Source: Rickettsiales bacterium
GTDB lineage: Bacteria > Pseudomonadota > Alphaproteobacteria > Rickettsiales > SXRF01
Direction of reading: 5' to 3'
Length of the DNA stretch: 64,000 bases
Assembly: GCA_025464625.1 (NCBI GenBank)
Contig: JAOAUZ010000001.1
Coordinates: forward strand, 462,848-526,847
Part shown: one piece after another, positions 18,789 through 27,782 of the stretch
Position numbering within the stretch: the first letter of the stretch is position 1
Layout of the letters: each line of letters opens with the position of its first letter
The notes under the pieces: generated by a model
Told to the model about the DNA's origin: nothing
The model's input: the letters and a program-made list of their open reading frames with translations, nothing else
Databases searched by the model: none
Position numbers and translations under genes: made by a program

Positions 18789-20192
18789 TTATTTTTCTGA
18801 TGTAGCCTTGTTATAGACATTTATAGCACGCAGTAAATCTATAGACCGCTGCAACTGAAAATCTTCGGCTGAATCAACATCAACCTTCTTCAGCAAAGAG
18901 TCTCCATCTTTGCCATTGCCATTTTTACCATCTTTATCTTTTGAACCGTTTTCTGGTGCATTAGATGATTCTGGTTTGGTTTTTTCTTTTTCATCTACAA
19001 CTTTTTTCTCTTTTTCTTTTTTATCCTGTAGATTTTCCAGACGTTTGCGCAATTGTGCCTCGCTGCGCATTTTGTCATTACCTTTCAGCAATTCAATTTT
19101 TGCTGGTTGCACTTCAATGTCAGGCACAATCCCTTTATTCTGAATAGAATGACCAGAAGGGGTGTAATAACGCGCTGTAGTCAGCTTAATAGCCCCATGC
19201 TCAGGAATTGGGATTACAGTCTGCACCGAGCCTTTACCAAAACTTTTTGTTCCCAAAACAACTGCACGTTTATGATCTTGCAAAGCACCAGAAACAATTT
19301 CTGATGCAGATGCAGACCCATTATTTATAAGCACCACCATAGGAATATTATCTGGCACTAGTTCATTGCCTTCCTTCGCACTGTAACGCTTAGTTTTTTC
19401 AGGAGTACGTTCTCTGGTGGAAACAACTTCACCTTGCTTTAAAAAAGCATCGGCAACTGAAACAGACTGTTCAAGCAATCCACCTGGGTTATTACGCAAA
19501 TCAAGAACAACACCACGCAGATTTGGCAAATCTTTTTTGATACGCGCGAATTCTTCACGCATCAAATCAGTGGTTTGTTCGGTAAATTGCGTCAGACGGA
19601 TATAGGCAATGTCATTGCCTTCCGCGCGCGCCTTAGCTGATTTAATTTTAATAACGGCACGGGTAATATTTATTTCCAGAGGCTCTGTCATATCTTCGCG
19701 CAGAATAGTCAGCTTCACTTTAGAATCCACAGCACCGCGCATTTTTTCAACAGCTTCAGCAAGAGTAAGCCCCATAACCGCCGTATCGTTAATATAGCTG
19801 ATATAGTCACCAGATTTAACACCTGCTTTAAAAGCTGGCGTGTCATCAATAGGGGTAATCACGCGCACCAGACCATTTTCCATAGTCACTTCAATTCCAA
19901 GACCACCAAACTCGCCCTTGGTTTGCACCTGCATTTCTTTAAATGATTTTTCATTCATATAGCCAGAATGTGGATCAAGTGATGTAAGCATTCCGTTTAC
20001 GGCAGCTTCAATCAAATCGCTGTCTTTTACTTCTTCAACATAATCGCTGCGAATTTTTTCGAACACATCGCCAAACAAACCAAGCAACTGCAGCGTTTCA
20101 CTTTTTTCTGCATAAGATAACACAGGGGTAAACAGGAACGGAGAAGAAACGGCAAATCCCCCTATAAGGCAGAGTTTAGTAAAACGACGCAT
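18789..20192 (-). CDS. ctpA: carboxy-terminal processing protease (S41)
   Basis: 467 aa. Signal peptide, PDZ region, NNGSASASEI and KSFGKGSVQ motifs. Confidence 0.9.
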   Translation of the reverse strand: MRRFTKLCLIGGFAVSSPFLFTPVLSYAEKSETLQLLGLFGDVFEKIRSDYVEEVKDSDLIEAAVNGMLTSLDPHSGYMNEKSFKEMQVQTKGEFGGLGIEVTMENGLVRVITPIDDTPAFKAGVKSGDYISYINDTAVMGLTLAEAVEKMRGAVDSKVKLTILREDMTEPLEINITRAVIKIKSAKARAEGNDIAYIRLTQFTEQTTDLMREEFARIKKDLPNLRGVVLDLRNNPGGLLEQSVSVADAFLKQGEVVSTRERTPEKTKRYSAKEGNELVPDNIPMVVLINNGSASASEIVSGALQDHKRAVVLGTKSFGKGSVQTVIPIPEHGAIKLTTARYYTPSGHSIQNKGIVPDIEVQPAKIELLKGNDKMRSEAQLRKRLENLQDKKEKEKKVVDEKEKTKPESSNAPENGSKDKDGKNGNGKDGDSLLKKVDVDSAEDFQLQRSIDLLRAINVYNKATSEK

Positions 20193-20221
20193 AATTTATA
20201 TTCCCCTAATTAATAAAAATT

Positions 20222-21400
20222 TTATTGTTTATTCATCCCGCGAATCCAATGTGCTGGGTCAACAGGATGGTTATTTGATCTAAGTTCCATGTACAATTGA
20301 TTATTTGGTTCCTTATCTCCCATAGCACCAATTGGTTCACCTTCCAATAGAAACTCACCAACCGATGTATCAATTTTTGCCATACCTGCCAGCAGTGTGT
20401 GAAAACCGTCACTATGGCGGAGTATAATCATTTTTCCATATTCCATAAATGGCCCAGTAAAAAGCACTTCCGCATCATAAGGAGCTGTTACCTGCGCTCC
20501 CAAGCGTGTTGTAATTGTGATTCCTTTGCTAGTTTCATTGCGCCCTTCCACACCAAATCTTTCAGTTAGTTTTCCTGCTGCTGGGACGCGAACTTTCCCT
20601 TTTGCTGATTTGAATGAACGAAGCTCACCCTTTTCACCCTCTGGCTGGCTTGTATCGTCGGTTATTTCTTCTTCTTTCTGCTGAACTTTTTCTTTTTCCA
20701 ACGCAACTATTAAATCCTGTAAATCCTCTGCTTTCTTCGCAAGTTGCTGTATCCGTGCCTTTGCAGCTTTTTGCTCAATAGTCAATTTCTGACGCATGGC
20801 ATTATGTTCAGCAATCTGCACCTTCAACAAAGCCCGCTGTTCTTCAAGTTTCACTCTTTCAGCAACCGCTTCTTCTTGATTTTTTGTTACTTTTTCTTTT
20901 AGTTTCTCCAGCTCATTCATTTGCTCACGAATACTCTGCGCCTGATATTTTATGCTATCAGAAGTCATTTTCAAAGCGCGGGAAGCCTTCATATTATTCA
21001 TCATATCACCAGGCATAAGGATAACTGCTTCTTTTGGAGTCTGGCTTAGTTTGATGGCTGCCTGCACCATCACCGCTAAATCTTTTTTGCGAGCGATAAG
21101 AGATTCGGTTTTTTCGCTAATCTGCTCAGAAAGGATACGCAGTTTTTCTTCAATAGCAGATAACCTAGCTTCGCTAGACTGCAATGAGGTAGCAGTTTTT
21201 ACCATTTGCGCGGTCAATTTTGCATATTTTTCCGCAAGTTTTTTGTCTTCATATTCCAGTTTTTTACTGCGTAATTTTTCTTCATTTATTTTTTCTTGGG
21301 TTTTTTTCAATTCTTCATCTGGGGAAGCAAAAACTGGATTGGCAATTAAAACCAAAAATAATGGCAAAGCTCTTATCAGTAAGAATAATTTTCTAGACAT
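20222..21400 (-). CDS. murein hydrolase activator, coiled-coil plus M23 peptidase domain (EnvC-like)
   Basis: 392 aa. Signal peptide, long Lys/Glu/Gln coiled coil, C-terminal LytM-type domain. Lies in the conserved gpmI-envC-ctpA neighbourhood. Confidence 0.85.
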   Translation of the reverse strand: MSRKLFLLIRALPLFLVLIANPVFASPDEELKKTQEKINEEKLRSKKLEYEDKKLAEKYAKLTAQMVKTATSLQSSEARLSAIEEKLRILSEQISEKTESLIARKKDLAVMVQAAIKLSQTPKEAVILMPGDMMNNMKASRALKMTSDSIKYQAQSIREQMNELEKLKEKVTKNQEEAVAERVKLEEQRALLKVQIAEHNAMRQKLTIEQKAAKARIQQLAKKAEDLQDLIVALEKEKVQQKEEEITDDTSQPEGEKGELRSFKSAKGKVRVPAAGKLTERFGVEGRNETSKGITITTRLGAQVTAPYDAEVLFTGPFMEYGKMIILRHSDGFHTLLAGMAKIDTSVGEFLLEGEPIGAMGDKEPNNQLYMELRSNNHPVDPAHWIRGMNKQ

Positions 21401-22940
21401 AACTTTTAAGTAGCGAGCAGCCAGTCATTTCCACTGGTTGTGGCAGCCCTAGCAGTTGCAAAATAGTTGGAGCAATATCACCCAATTTACCATCTGAAAT
21501 CTTTATTTGCTTACCACGCAGATTTTCTGCAACAATTATTACAGGAACTAGATTAAGTGTGTGAGCGGTATGTGGTTGATTAGTGACCTCATCAAACATT
21601 TTTTCAGCATTGCCGTGATCCGCCGTAACTATTATAGCACCATTTTTAGCACGCGTTGCAGCTATTACTTTACCCAAGCAATCATCAACTGCTTCCACCG
21701 CTTTAATCGCTGCTGCCGTATCGCCAGTATGCCCCACCATGTCAGTATTGGCATAGTTTACGACTATAAAATCGAACCTATCAGCATTTATTGCTTCCAC
21801 CAGTTTTTCTGTCACCTCATAAGCCGACATTTCTGGCTTTTCGTCATAAGTAGCAACTTTAGGTGAGGGGACAAGAATACGTTCTTCGCCTGTAAATTCT
21901 TTTTCCCTGCCACCGTTAAAGAAGAAAGTAACATGCGCGTATTTCTCCGTTTCAGCGATGCGAAGCTGGGTAAGCCCTGCATTTGCCACAATCTCACCAA
22001 GAATATTGGTAAGCGGTTCAGGCGGGAATAGGGCAGAAATAAATTTATTAAGCTGGCTGGAATATTCGGTCATCCCTAGAGTTGCCGAAAATTTCACCTG
22101 CTTGCTGCGGGCAAATCCTTGAAATTCTGGATCAAGCAGAGCTGTCAAAATTTCACGCACACGGTCAGCGCGGAAATTGCACATGAACAAACCGTCACCA
22201 TTATTCATTCCACTATAATCACCAACTGAAACTGGCAGTACGAACTCATCATTTGCATTGTTTGCATAACTTTGTTCGATAACAGAGATAGCACTCGCTT
22301 GCGATGCTGTTTTTTGTGTCAAAACATCATATGCTTTTTGCACCCTATCCCAGCGATTATCTCTGTCCATTGCGTAATAGCGACCAGAAACAGTAGCTAT
22401 TTTCACGTTACTAAGTCCACGAATGTTACTATCAAGATTTTTTATATAATCAATTGCGCTTTGCGGAGGGGTGTCGCGACCATCAAGGAATAGGTGCAAT
22501 TTTACATTCAATCCATTTTCGGAAAGTATTTTTGCCATCTCTATGATGTGTACCTGATGTGAATGTACCCCACCATCAGACAGCAACCCCATGAGATGGA
22601 CAACACCAGTTTTTTCTTTTACCTTATTTATAAAATTTTGCAGCTCAGTTTTTCTGGCGAGCGAACCATCTTCTGTTGCCTTATCAATGCGTGGCAAATC
22701 CTGCATAAGAACGCGCCCGCTACCAATGTTCATATGCCCAACTTCGGAATTACCCATCTGCCCAGAGGGAAGCCCAACATGTAGTTCAGAAGCGTTGATG
22801 AAACCATTGGGAAAGTCTCTGGTGATAGCGTCTATATTTGGTGTACGGGCGCGGGCAATAGCATTGTCATCACTGGCGTGCGTATGCCCCCAACCATCAA
22901 GTATGGCAAGAACAACAGGCTTTGGACGTTTAGTGGTCAT
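21393..22940 (-). CDS. gpmI: 2,3-bisphosphoglycerate-independent phosphoglycerate mutase
   Basis: 515 aa with ILDGWG, MGNSEVGHMNIG and ADHGNAE motifs. Confidence 0.95.
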   Translation of the reverse strand: MTTKRPKPVVLAILDGWGHTHASDDNAIARARTPNIDAITRDFPNGFINASELHVGLPSGQMGNSEVGHMNIGSGRVLMQDLPRIDKATEDGSLARKTELQNFINKVKEKTGVVHLMGLLSDGGVHSHQVHIIEMAKILSENGLNVKLHLFLDGRDTPPQSAIDYIKNLDSNIRGLSNVKIATVSGRYYAMDRDNRWDRVQKAYDVLTQKTASQASAISVIEQSYANNANDEFVLPVSVGDYSGMNNGDGLFMCNFRADRVREILTALLDPEFQGFARSKQVKFSATLGMTEYSSQLNKFISALFPPEPLTNILGEIVANAGLTQLRIAETEKYAHVTFFFNGGREKEFTGEERILVPSPKVATYDEKPEMSAYEVTEKLVEAINADRFDFIVVNYANTDMVGHTGDTAAAIKAVEAVDDCLGKVIAATRAKNGAIIVTADHGNAEKMFDEVTNQPHTAHTLNLVPVIIVAENLRGKQIKISDGKLGDIAPTILQLLGLPQPVEMTGCSLLKSYV

Positions 22941-22946
22941 AACAGA

Positions 22947-23660
22947 TTAACTGCCCGCCGATGCATCAGCATCATGAGCCAATCCTTTAAGAGTGGCTTT
23001 ATCGGGACGTTTTCCTGCCGTTACATAATAAACTGTTTTGGCAAGGTTCGTGGTGTAATCAGCCAGACGCTCCAGATTTTTAGCAGCAAAAACAACTTGC
23101 GTACACGGTAGAACATTCTCCGCTGAAGCAGCCATTTCTTTCTGCATCATCTCTATAATTTCGCGGTAAAGAGTATCAATTTCCTTGTCTCTACGCCAGA
23201 TGATAGCAGCTTTTTGTGTATCTTTTTCAGCAAAAGCAGTAAGCGCGCCGCCCAGCATTTCTACAATAATATCTGCCATTAGTTCCAGCTTCACAATAAC
23301 AGATTCTTGCGCAAAATCCCCCATGCGGACGCTGCGTTTAACTGTATTTTTTGCAAGGTCGCCAGCATGTTCCAACATACCCGTAATTTTAATAATGGAG
23401 ATAACATAGCGCAGGTCAATCGCCATCGGGTTTTGCAAAGCAAGCACCACAGTAGCTTCCTCCTCAATCTGCAAATCAAGTTCATTAATATGCTTATCAG
23501 CAGTTTTAGCATCAGCGACAAGACTTTCCGCACGCGCGCGGAATGATTTTTTTGCCGAGATAACGAGATCCTGCACTTCTTTGCCCATATCCAAAATAAG
23601 AGAAAGAAGATGCTGCAATTGTTTATCGTATGAACGAAGCGTATGGTGGCTGAGAGTCAT
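22947..23660 (-). CDS. phoU: phosphate signalling complex protein PhoU
   Basis: 237 aa, two PhoU repeats (LEHAGDLAKN / LERLADYTTN). No pst genes adjacent. Confidence 0.88.
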   Translation of the reverse strand: MTLSHHTLRSYDKQLQHLLSLILDMGKEVQDLVISAKKSFRARAESLVADAKTADKHINELDLQIEEEATVVLALQNPMAIDLRYVISIIKITGMLEHAGDLAKNTVKRSVRMGDFAQESVIVKLELMADIIVEMLGGALTAFAEKDTQKAAIIWRRDKEIDTLYREIIEMMQKEMAASAENVLPCTQVVFAAKNLERLADYTTNLAKTVYYVTAGKRPDKATLKGLAHDADASAGS

Positions 23661-23750
23661 ATTTAAAGCCCTAATAAGTGAATTTCCCTATTACACTACT
23701 ACATATAGTATTCACTGTGTAGGATTTTTTCTATATATTTTTTTATCTAT

Positions 23751-24209
23751 TTAGTCGCGATGATAGGGATGACCAGACAAAACACTATGGGCGCGGTATA
23801 GCTGTTCGGCAAGCATCCCACGCACCAGCATGTGTGGCCAAGTAACCCGCCCGAAAGACCATGTAAGTTTTGCTTTTTTTAGCACTGAAGAATCCAACCC
23901 GTCAGCACCGCCAATAATAAATGCAAATGAAGATATTCCCTGTTGCTGCCAATTTCCCAGATGTTCTGAAAATTCACGGCTGGAAAGCAGCGAACCGCTT
24001 TCATCAAGTGCAATTATGTATTCATAACCAGCGCAGGCAGAAAGTAATAGCTCGGCTTCACGCGCCTTGCGCTGTGCCATATCAGCTATTTTTACGTCAA
24101 ATTCTTTGCACTCAATTTTCCACGGCAAACGCTTAATATAATCAATATAAAGCTGCTGCTGCGCTGATGATGACTTTGCCTTGCCAATGGCTGCAATAAC
24201 TAGTTTCAT
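23751..24209 (-). CDS. rlmH: 23S rRNA (pseudouridine1915-N3)-methyltransferase
   Basis: 152 aa SPOUT protein with LDESG, IGGADGL and HPYHR motifs. Confidence 0.9.
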   Translation of the reverse strand: MKLVIAAIGKAKSSSAQQQLYIDYIKRLPWKIECKEFDVKIADMAQRKAREAELLLSACAGYEYIIALDESGSLLSSREFSEHLGNWQQQGISSFAFIIGGADGLDSSVLKKAKLTWSFGRVTWPHMLVRGMLAEQLYRAHSVLSGHPYHRD

Positions 24210-25378
24210 TGCATTTTATTTAGTATTTTTCTTCCAAAATTGATGCACGGATATTCCACATATTTTGACATGATATGTGCGCATATTAGGGAAAGAATTA
24301 TGGTAACAGATACATTCGTCCATAATGAAAAAATATTACCGAACAACTCAAAAATTGAATATATAATCATCCAATGCACTAAATATAAACTATAGGAGAC
24401 TCGACCAAGCCACTGCAAAATTGGTGCTTCCAGAATTTTTTCAAACTCTTTCCAGCTAAACGCCATAGCGATCAACATTGCCGCTCCAATGCCTCGTAAA
24501 TAATCTATAAACATGGTGTAAGCACTATCATAGTAAGTGATAAAAACAACTGCAATAATCACCATTAATGTTTTAATAAAAGGCGTAAATTCATTTATTT
24601 TCAATGTAATTTTTTCACGGTTTATCGCCATTAAAATTCCAACTACAAAAAACACTAAAAAATATACTGTTTTAACAAGGGAATACAATACTGTTTCTTC
24701 TGGAAAACCGTTGGGTTTATTGACCATCTTACTCATTATTAAGAAGTCAGATATTATTTCCCCAAAAATTGATATTATTAACCCAAATACTATAACTATC
24801 GCGGGTTTGTTTTTGAACAACAACAGTGAAACAAGAAGCGGTAATATAAGAGAAACCCTCATTTCATGTACCAATGACCAGAGCGGAGTATTAAGATACA
24901 TATGGTTAGGTGTTATTCCCGTTAGAGACAAATGACCAATCAGATCTTGAAATGTAAGTGGTGTAGGAACCGAGACATGGAATTGATACCACTTAACATG
25001 AACAGATGGCGGAAGTGGATTATTACCGATAACATAATGCAGCCCGAAAGCTATAATCACCGATAAAAATAACACTGGATATATTCGAAAAAATCTGGCT
25101 ACCAAAAATTTCTTATATGACTGTTTATTGTTCAACAATGAAAGTGTTAGAACAAATCCGCTGAGTACAAAAAATACCATTACAGCTGCACGACCAGATG
25201 ATAGCAGATTCACCCCTAAGACCAACGGTATATTCCAAGGAAATCCCAAATCGTTTATTAAATTATCAACCTGCTGCTTAAAGGTAAATGCAATGGTATA
25301 ACAGTGAAAAAATAAAACAGAAAGTGCTGCCACCCCTCTTATAGAATCAAGAGATCTTATTCTAACATTGCCATTCAT
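24206..25378 (-). CDS. acyltransferase family 3 membrane protein (OafA/YrhL-like)
   Basis: 390 aa, about 10 TM segments. N-terminus SLDSIRGVAALSVLFFHC, typical of Acyl_transf_3. Its stop overlaps the rlmH start as ATGA. Confidence 0.8.
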   Translation of the reverse strand: MNGNVRIRSLDSIRGVAALSVLFFHCYTIAFTFKQQVDNLINDLGFPWNIPLVLGVNLLSSGRAAVMVFFVLSGFVLTLSLLNNKQSYKKFLVARFFRIYPVLFLSVIIAFGLHYVIGNNPLPPSVHVKWYQFHVSVPTPLTFQDLIGHLSLTGITPNHMYLNTPLWSLVHEMRVSLILPLLVSLLLFKNKPAIVIVFGLIISIFGEIISDFLIMSKMVNKPNGFPEETVLYSLVKTVYFLVFFVVGILMAINREKITLKINEFTPFIKTLMVIIAVVFITYYDSAYTMFIDYLRGIGAAMLIAMAFSWKEFEKILEAPILQWLGRVSYSLYLVHWMIIYSIFELFGNIFSLWTNVSVTIILSLICAHIMSKYVEYPCINFGRKILNKMQ

Positions 25379-25392
25379 TTATTGATTCCTGC

Positions 25393-25701
25393 CTATAAAG
25401 CTATTTCGGTGCTGGGGAAGGCTACCGACCACATTTTCTCGAGATTGTAATGTTCGCGAGCTTCTGGCTTGAATAAATGAACTATCACATCACCAGCATC
25501 AACCAGAACCCAATCGCCACTTTCGCGCCCTTCTGTTGGCACAGATTCATAACCAGATTGTTTTAATGCCATCACCACATAATCAGCGAGCGAACCAACA
25601 TGCTTCGACGACATACCGCTGGCAACAACCATTCGGTCAGCAATATCGCTTTTACCAGTTAAGTCTATTGATACAATTTTCTCTGCCTTATTGGCATCCA
25701 A
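25393..25701 (-). CDS. rsfS: ribosome silencing factor
   Basis: The track ORF starts at TTG 25701. The frame stays open upstream to 25791 and encodes STQIEKIILRAL. AGGAGA (25774-25779) sits 6 nt before ATA 25767, so the true 5' end is probably upstream. Confidence 0.85.
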   Translation of the reverse strand: MDANKAEKIVSIDLTGKSDIADRMVVASGMSSKHVGSLADYVVMALKQSGYESVPTEGRESGDWVLVDAGDVIVHLFKPEAREHYNLEKMWSVAFPSTEIAL

Positions 25702-25806
25702 CGCTCTAAGGATAATTTTTTCAATCTGGGTGGAGGAAAGTTTAGGGGATGAAGGTTTTTTGGTTATAAGATTTCTCCTGTTATATAATTGTTTTCACTG
25801 AATATA

Positions 25807-26418
25807 TTACTTATTATGAACCATAAACGCTTTAATTCCAAGTGTTTTTCTTATATTCGTCGAAGAATTTTGGTCACGCTTTAGGTGAATAAAGCGCAAA
25901 GATGGGGTTTTACTATTACAACTAGCATTCTGATTATTTAATAAAAATCGGCGCATACGCTGATAGGTTTTGCTGGAAAGGCTAGTGAAAGAATAGGGGG
26001 CGCGGTCAAAAACTACAATCGGCAGCAAATTTAAAATTGATTGCCAATGTTGCCAACGATGGAATCCTGCAAGGTTATCCGCCCCCATCAGCCAAACAAA
26101 ATTTGTTCCTCTATAACGTTTTTTAAGCTCAGAAAGAGTTTGATAGGTATATTGCGTATCAATACGCTGCTCAATATCCGACACAAAAATATGCTTGTTG
26201 CGCTTAGTTATAATTTTTGCAAATTCAAACCGTTCATTGTAATCAGCAAGGCTTCCCACAGGTTTTAGCGGATTTTGTGGGCTAACCAACCACCATATTT
26301 CATCCATACCCAACGCGTTAAGCGCGTATTCACTTATGTGCATATGCCCACAGTGGGCAGGGTTGAACGACCCACCCAGCAAGCCAATAATGCGATTTTT
26401 AGTGTAAATTGGTTTCAA
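25807..26418 (-). CDS. nadD: nicotinate-nucleotide adenylyltransferase
   Basis: 203 aa with GGSFNPAHCGHMHI (HxGH) and the SSTNIR motif. Confidence 0.9.
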   Translation of the reverse strand: MKPIYTKNRIIGLLGGSFNPAHCGHMHISEYALNALGMDEIWWLVSPQNPLKPVGSLADYNERFEFAKIITKRNKHIFVSDIEQRIDTQYTYQTLSELKKRYRGTNFVWLMGADNLAGFHRWQHWQSILNLLPIVVFDRAPYSFTSLSSKTYQRMRRFLLNNQNASCNSKTPSLRFIHLKRDQNSSTNIRKTLGIKAFMVHNK

Positions 26419-26433
26419 TTTTTTGGTTCTTTT

Positions 26434-27717
26434 CTATGGTCGCAACTGCCCATTACCATGAACAACATATTTATAGGTTGTTAGTTGCTGTGCGCCAACT
26501 GGTCCGCGCGCATGAAGTTTGCCAGTAGAAATTCCTATCTCCGCACCAAAACCAAACTCGCCACCATCGGCAAATTGTGTTGATGTATTATGCATAACAA
26601 TCGCACTGTCCACCTCACGCAGAAACCTCCGTGCAACACCAGTATCAGAGGCAATAATCGCATCGGTATGATGCGAGCCATGACGGTTTATATGGGCTAT
26701 CGCCTCTGCCTCACCAGCCACAATTTTAACTGAAATAATCGCCGCCAGATATTCAGTATCCCAATCATCTTCGCTTGCTGGTTTGATGCGTGAATCTATT
26801 TTCTGGGAAACCATGTCACCACGAATTTCACAACCAGCTTTTACGAGCGATTCAACTAAAACGGGCAATGCCTTCGCAGCAATATCAGCATCAATCAATA
26901 GAGATTCAGTTGCTCCGCAGATTCCCACGCGGCGCATTTTAGCGTTGAGCAGAACATCACGCGCCATATTCATATCCGCGGATTTATGAATATAGGTGTG
27001 ACAATTCCCATCCAGATGCAAAATGGTTGGAACACGGCTTTCATCTTGAATGCGCTTAGTTAGTGACTTGCCACCACGAGGAATAATAACGTCAATAACT
27101 CCGTTCATAGTGAGCATCTCACCAACAGCAGCGCGGTCACGCGTTGGTACAAGCTGCACCGCGTCCACTGGCAAGCGAGCAACTTTAAGCCCATGGTGCA
27201 AACATTCTGCAATAGCCTGCGCTGAATGCAGACATTCAGAACCAGCACGCAAAATTACAGCATTGCCCGATTTTATGCACAGAGCAGCAGCATCCGCCGT
27301 CACATTCGGGCGTGATTCATAAATCATTCCTATAACACCGATAGGCACACTCACCCTCTGTAACACCAGCCCGTTAGGGCGATCCCATTCCTCCAAAATT
27401 TTATTAACAGGGTCGGGAATTGTGCAGATTGTTTCCAAACCAACAGCCATCGCCTCAATACGTTTTTCATCGAGTTTTAGCCTGTCCAGCATTGCTGAAT
27501 CGAGACCTTTTTCCTGCCCATATTTTAAATCTTTTGCATTTTCAGCAATGATATATTGCGCACGTTCGCGCAGGCAGATTGCTGCTTGTGCCAGTGCCAT
27601 ATCTTTTTGATCATTTCTTGCATCAGCAAGAAGGCTGTAAGCCGCGCGCGCGCGCGCGCCAATGTCCTGCATCAGTTCGTGAATTTCATTGTGTGAGTCT
27701 ACGGCTTTTGTTTTCAT
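26434..27717 (-). CDS. proA: gamma-glutamyl phosphate reductase
   Basis: 427 aa aldehyde-dehydrogenase fold with IYESRPNVT and VGICGATESLL. Confidence 0.92.
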   Translation of the reverse strand: MKTKAVDSHNEIHELMQDIGARARAAYSLLADARNDQKDMALAQAAICLRERAQYIIAENAKDLKYGQEKGLDSAMLDRLKLDEKRIEAMAVGLETICTIPDPVNKILEEWDRPNGLVLQRVSVPIGVIGMIYESRPNVTADAAALCIKSGNAVILRAGSECLHSAQAIAECLHHGLKVARLPVDAVQLVPTRDRAAVGEMLTMNGVIDVIIPRGGKSLTKRIQDESRVPTILHLDGNCHTYIHKSADMNMARDVLLNAKMRRVGICGATESLLIDADIAAKALPVLVESLVKAGCEIRGDMVSQKIDSRIKPASEDDWDTEYLAAIISVKIVAGEAEAIAHINRHGSHHTDAIIASDTGVARRFLREVDSAIVMHNTSTQFADGGEFGFGAEIGISTGKLHARGPVGAQQLTTYKYVVHGNGQLRP

Positions 27718-27782
27718 ATACGCTTTTTACAGCAAACTAATATATATGTCATCTTGATATTGATAGATTATAACAGCTTAAC

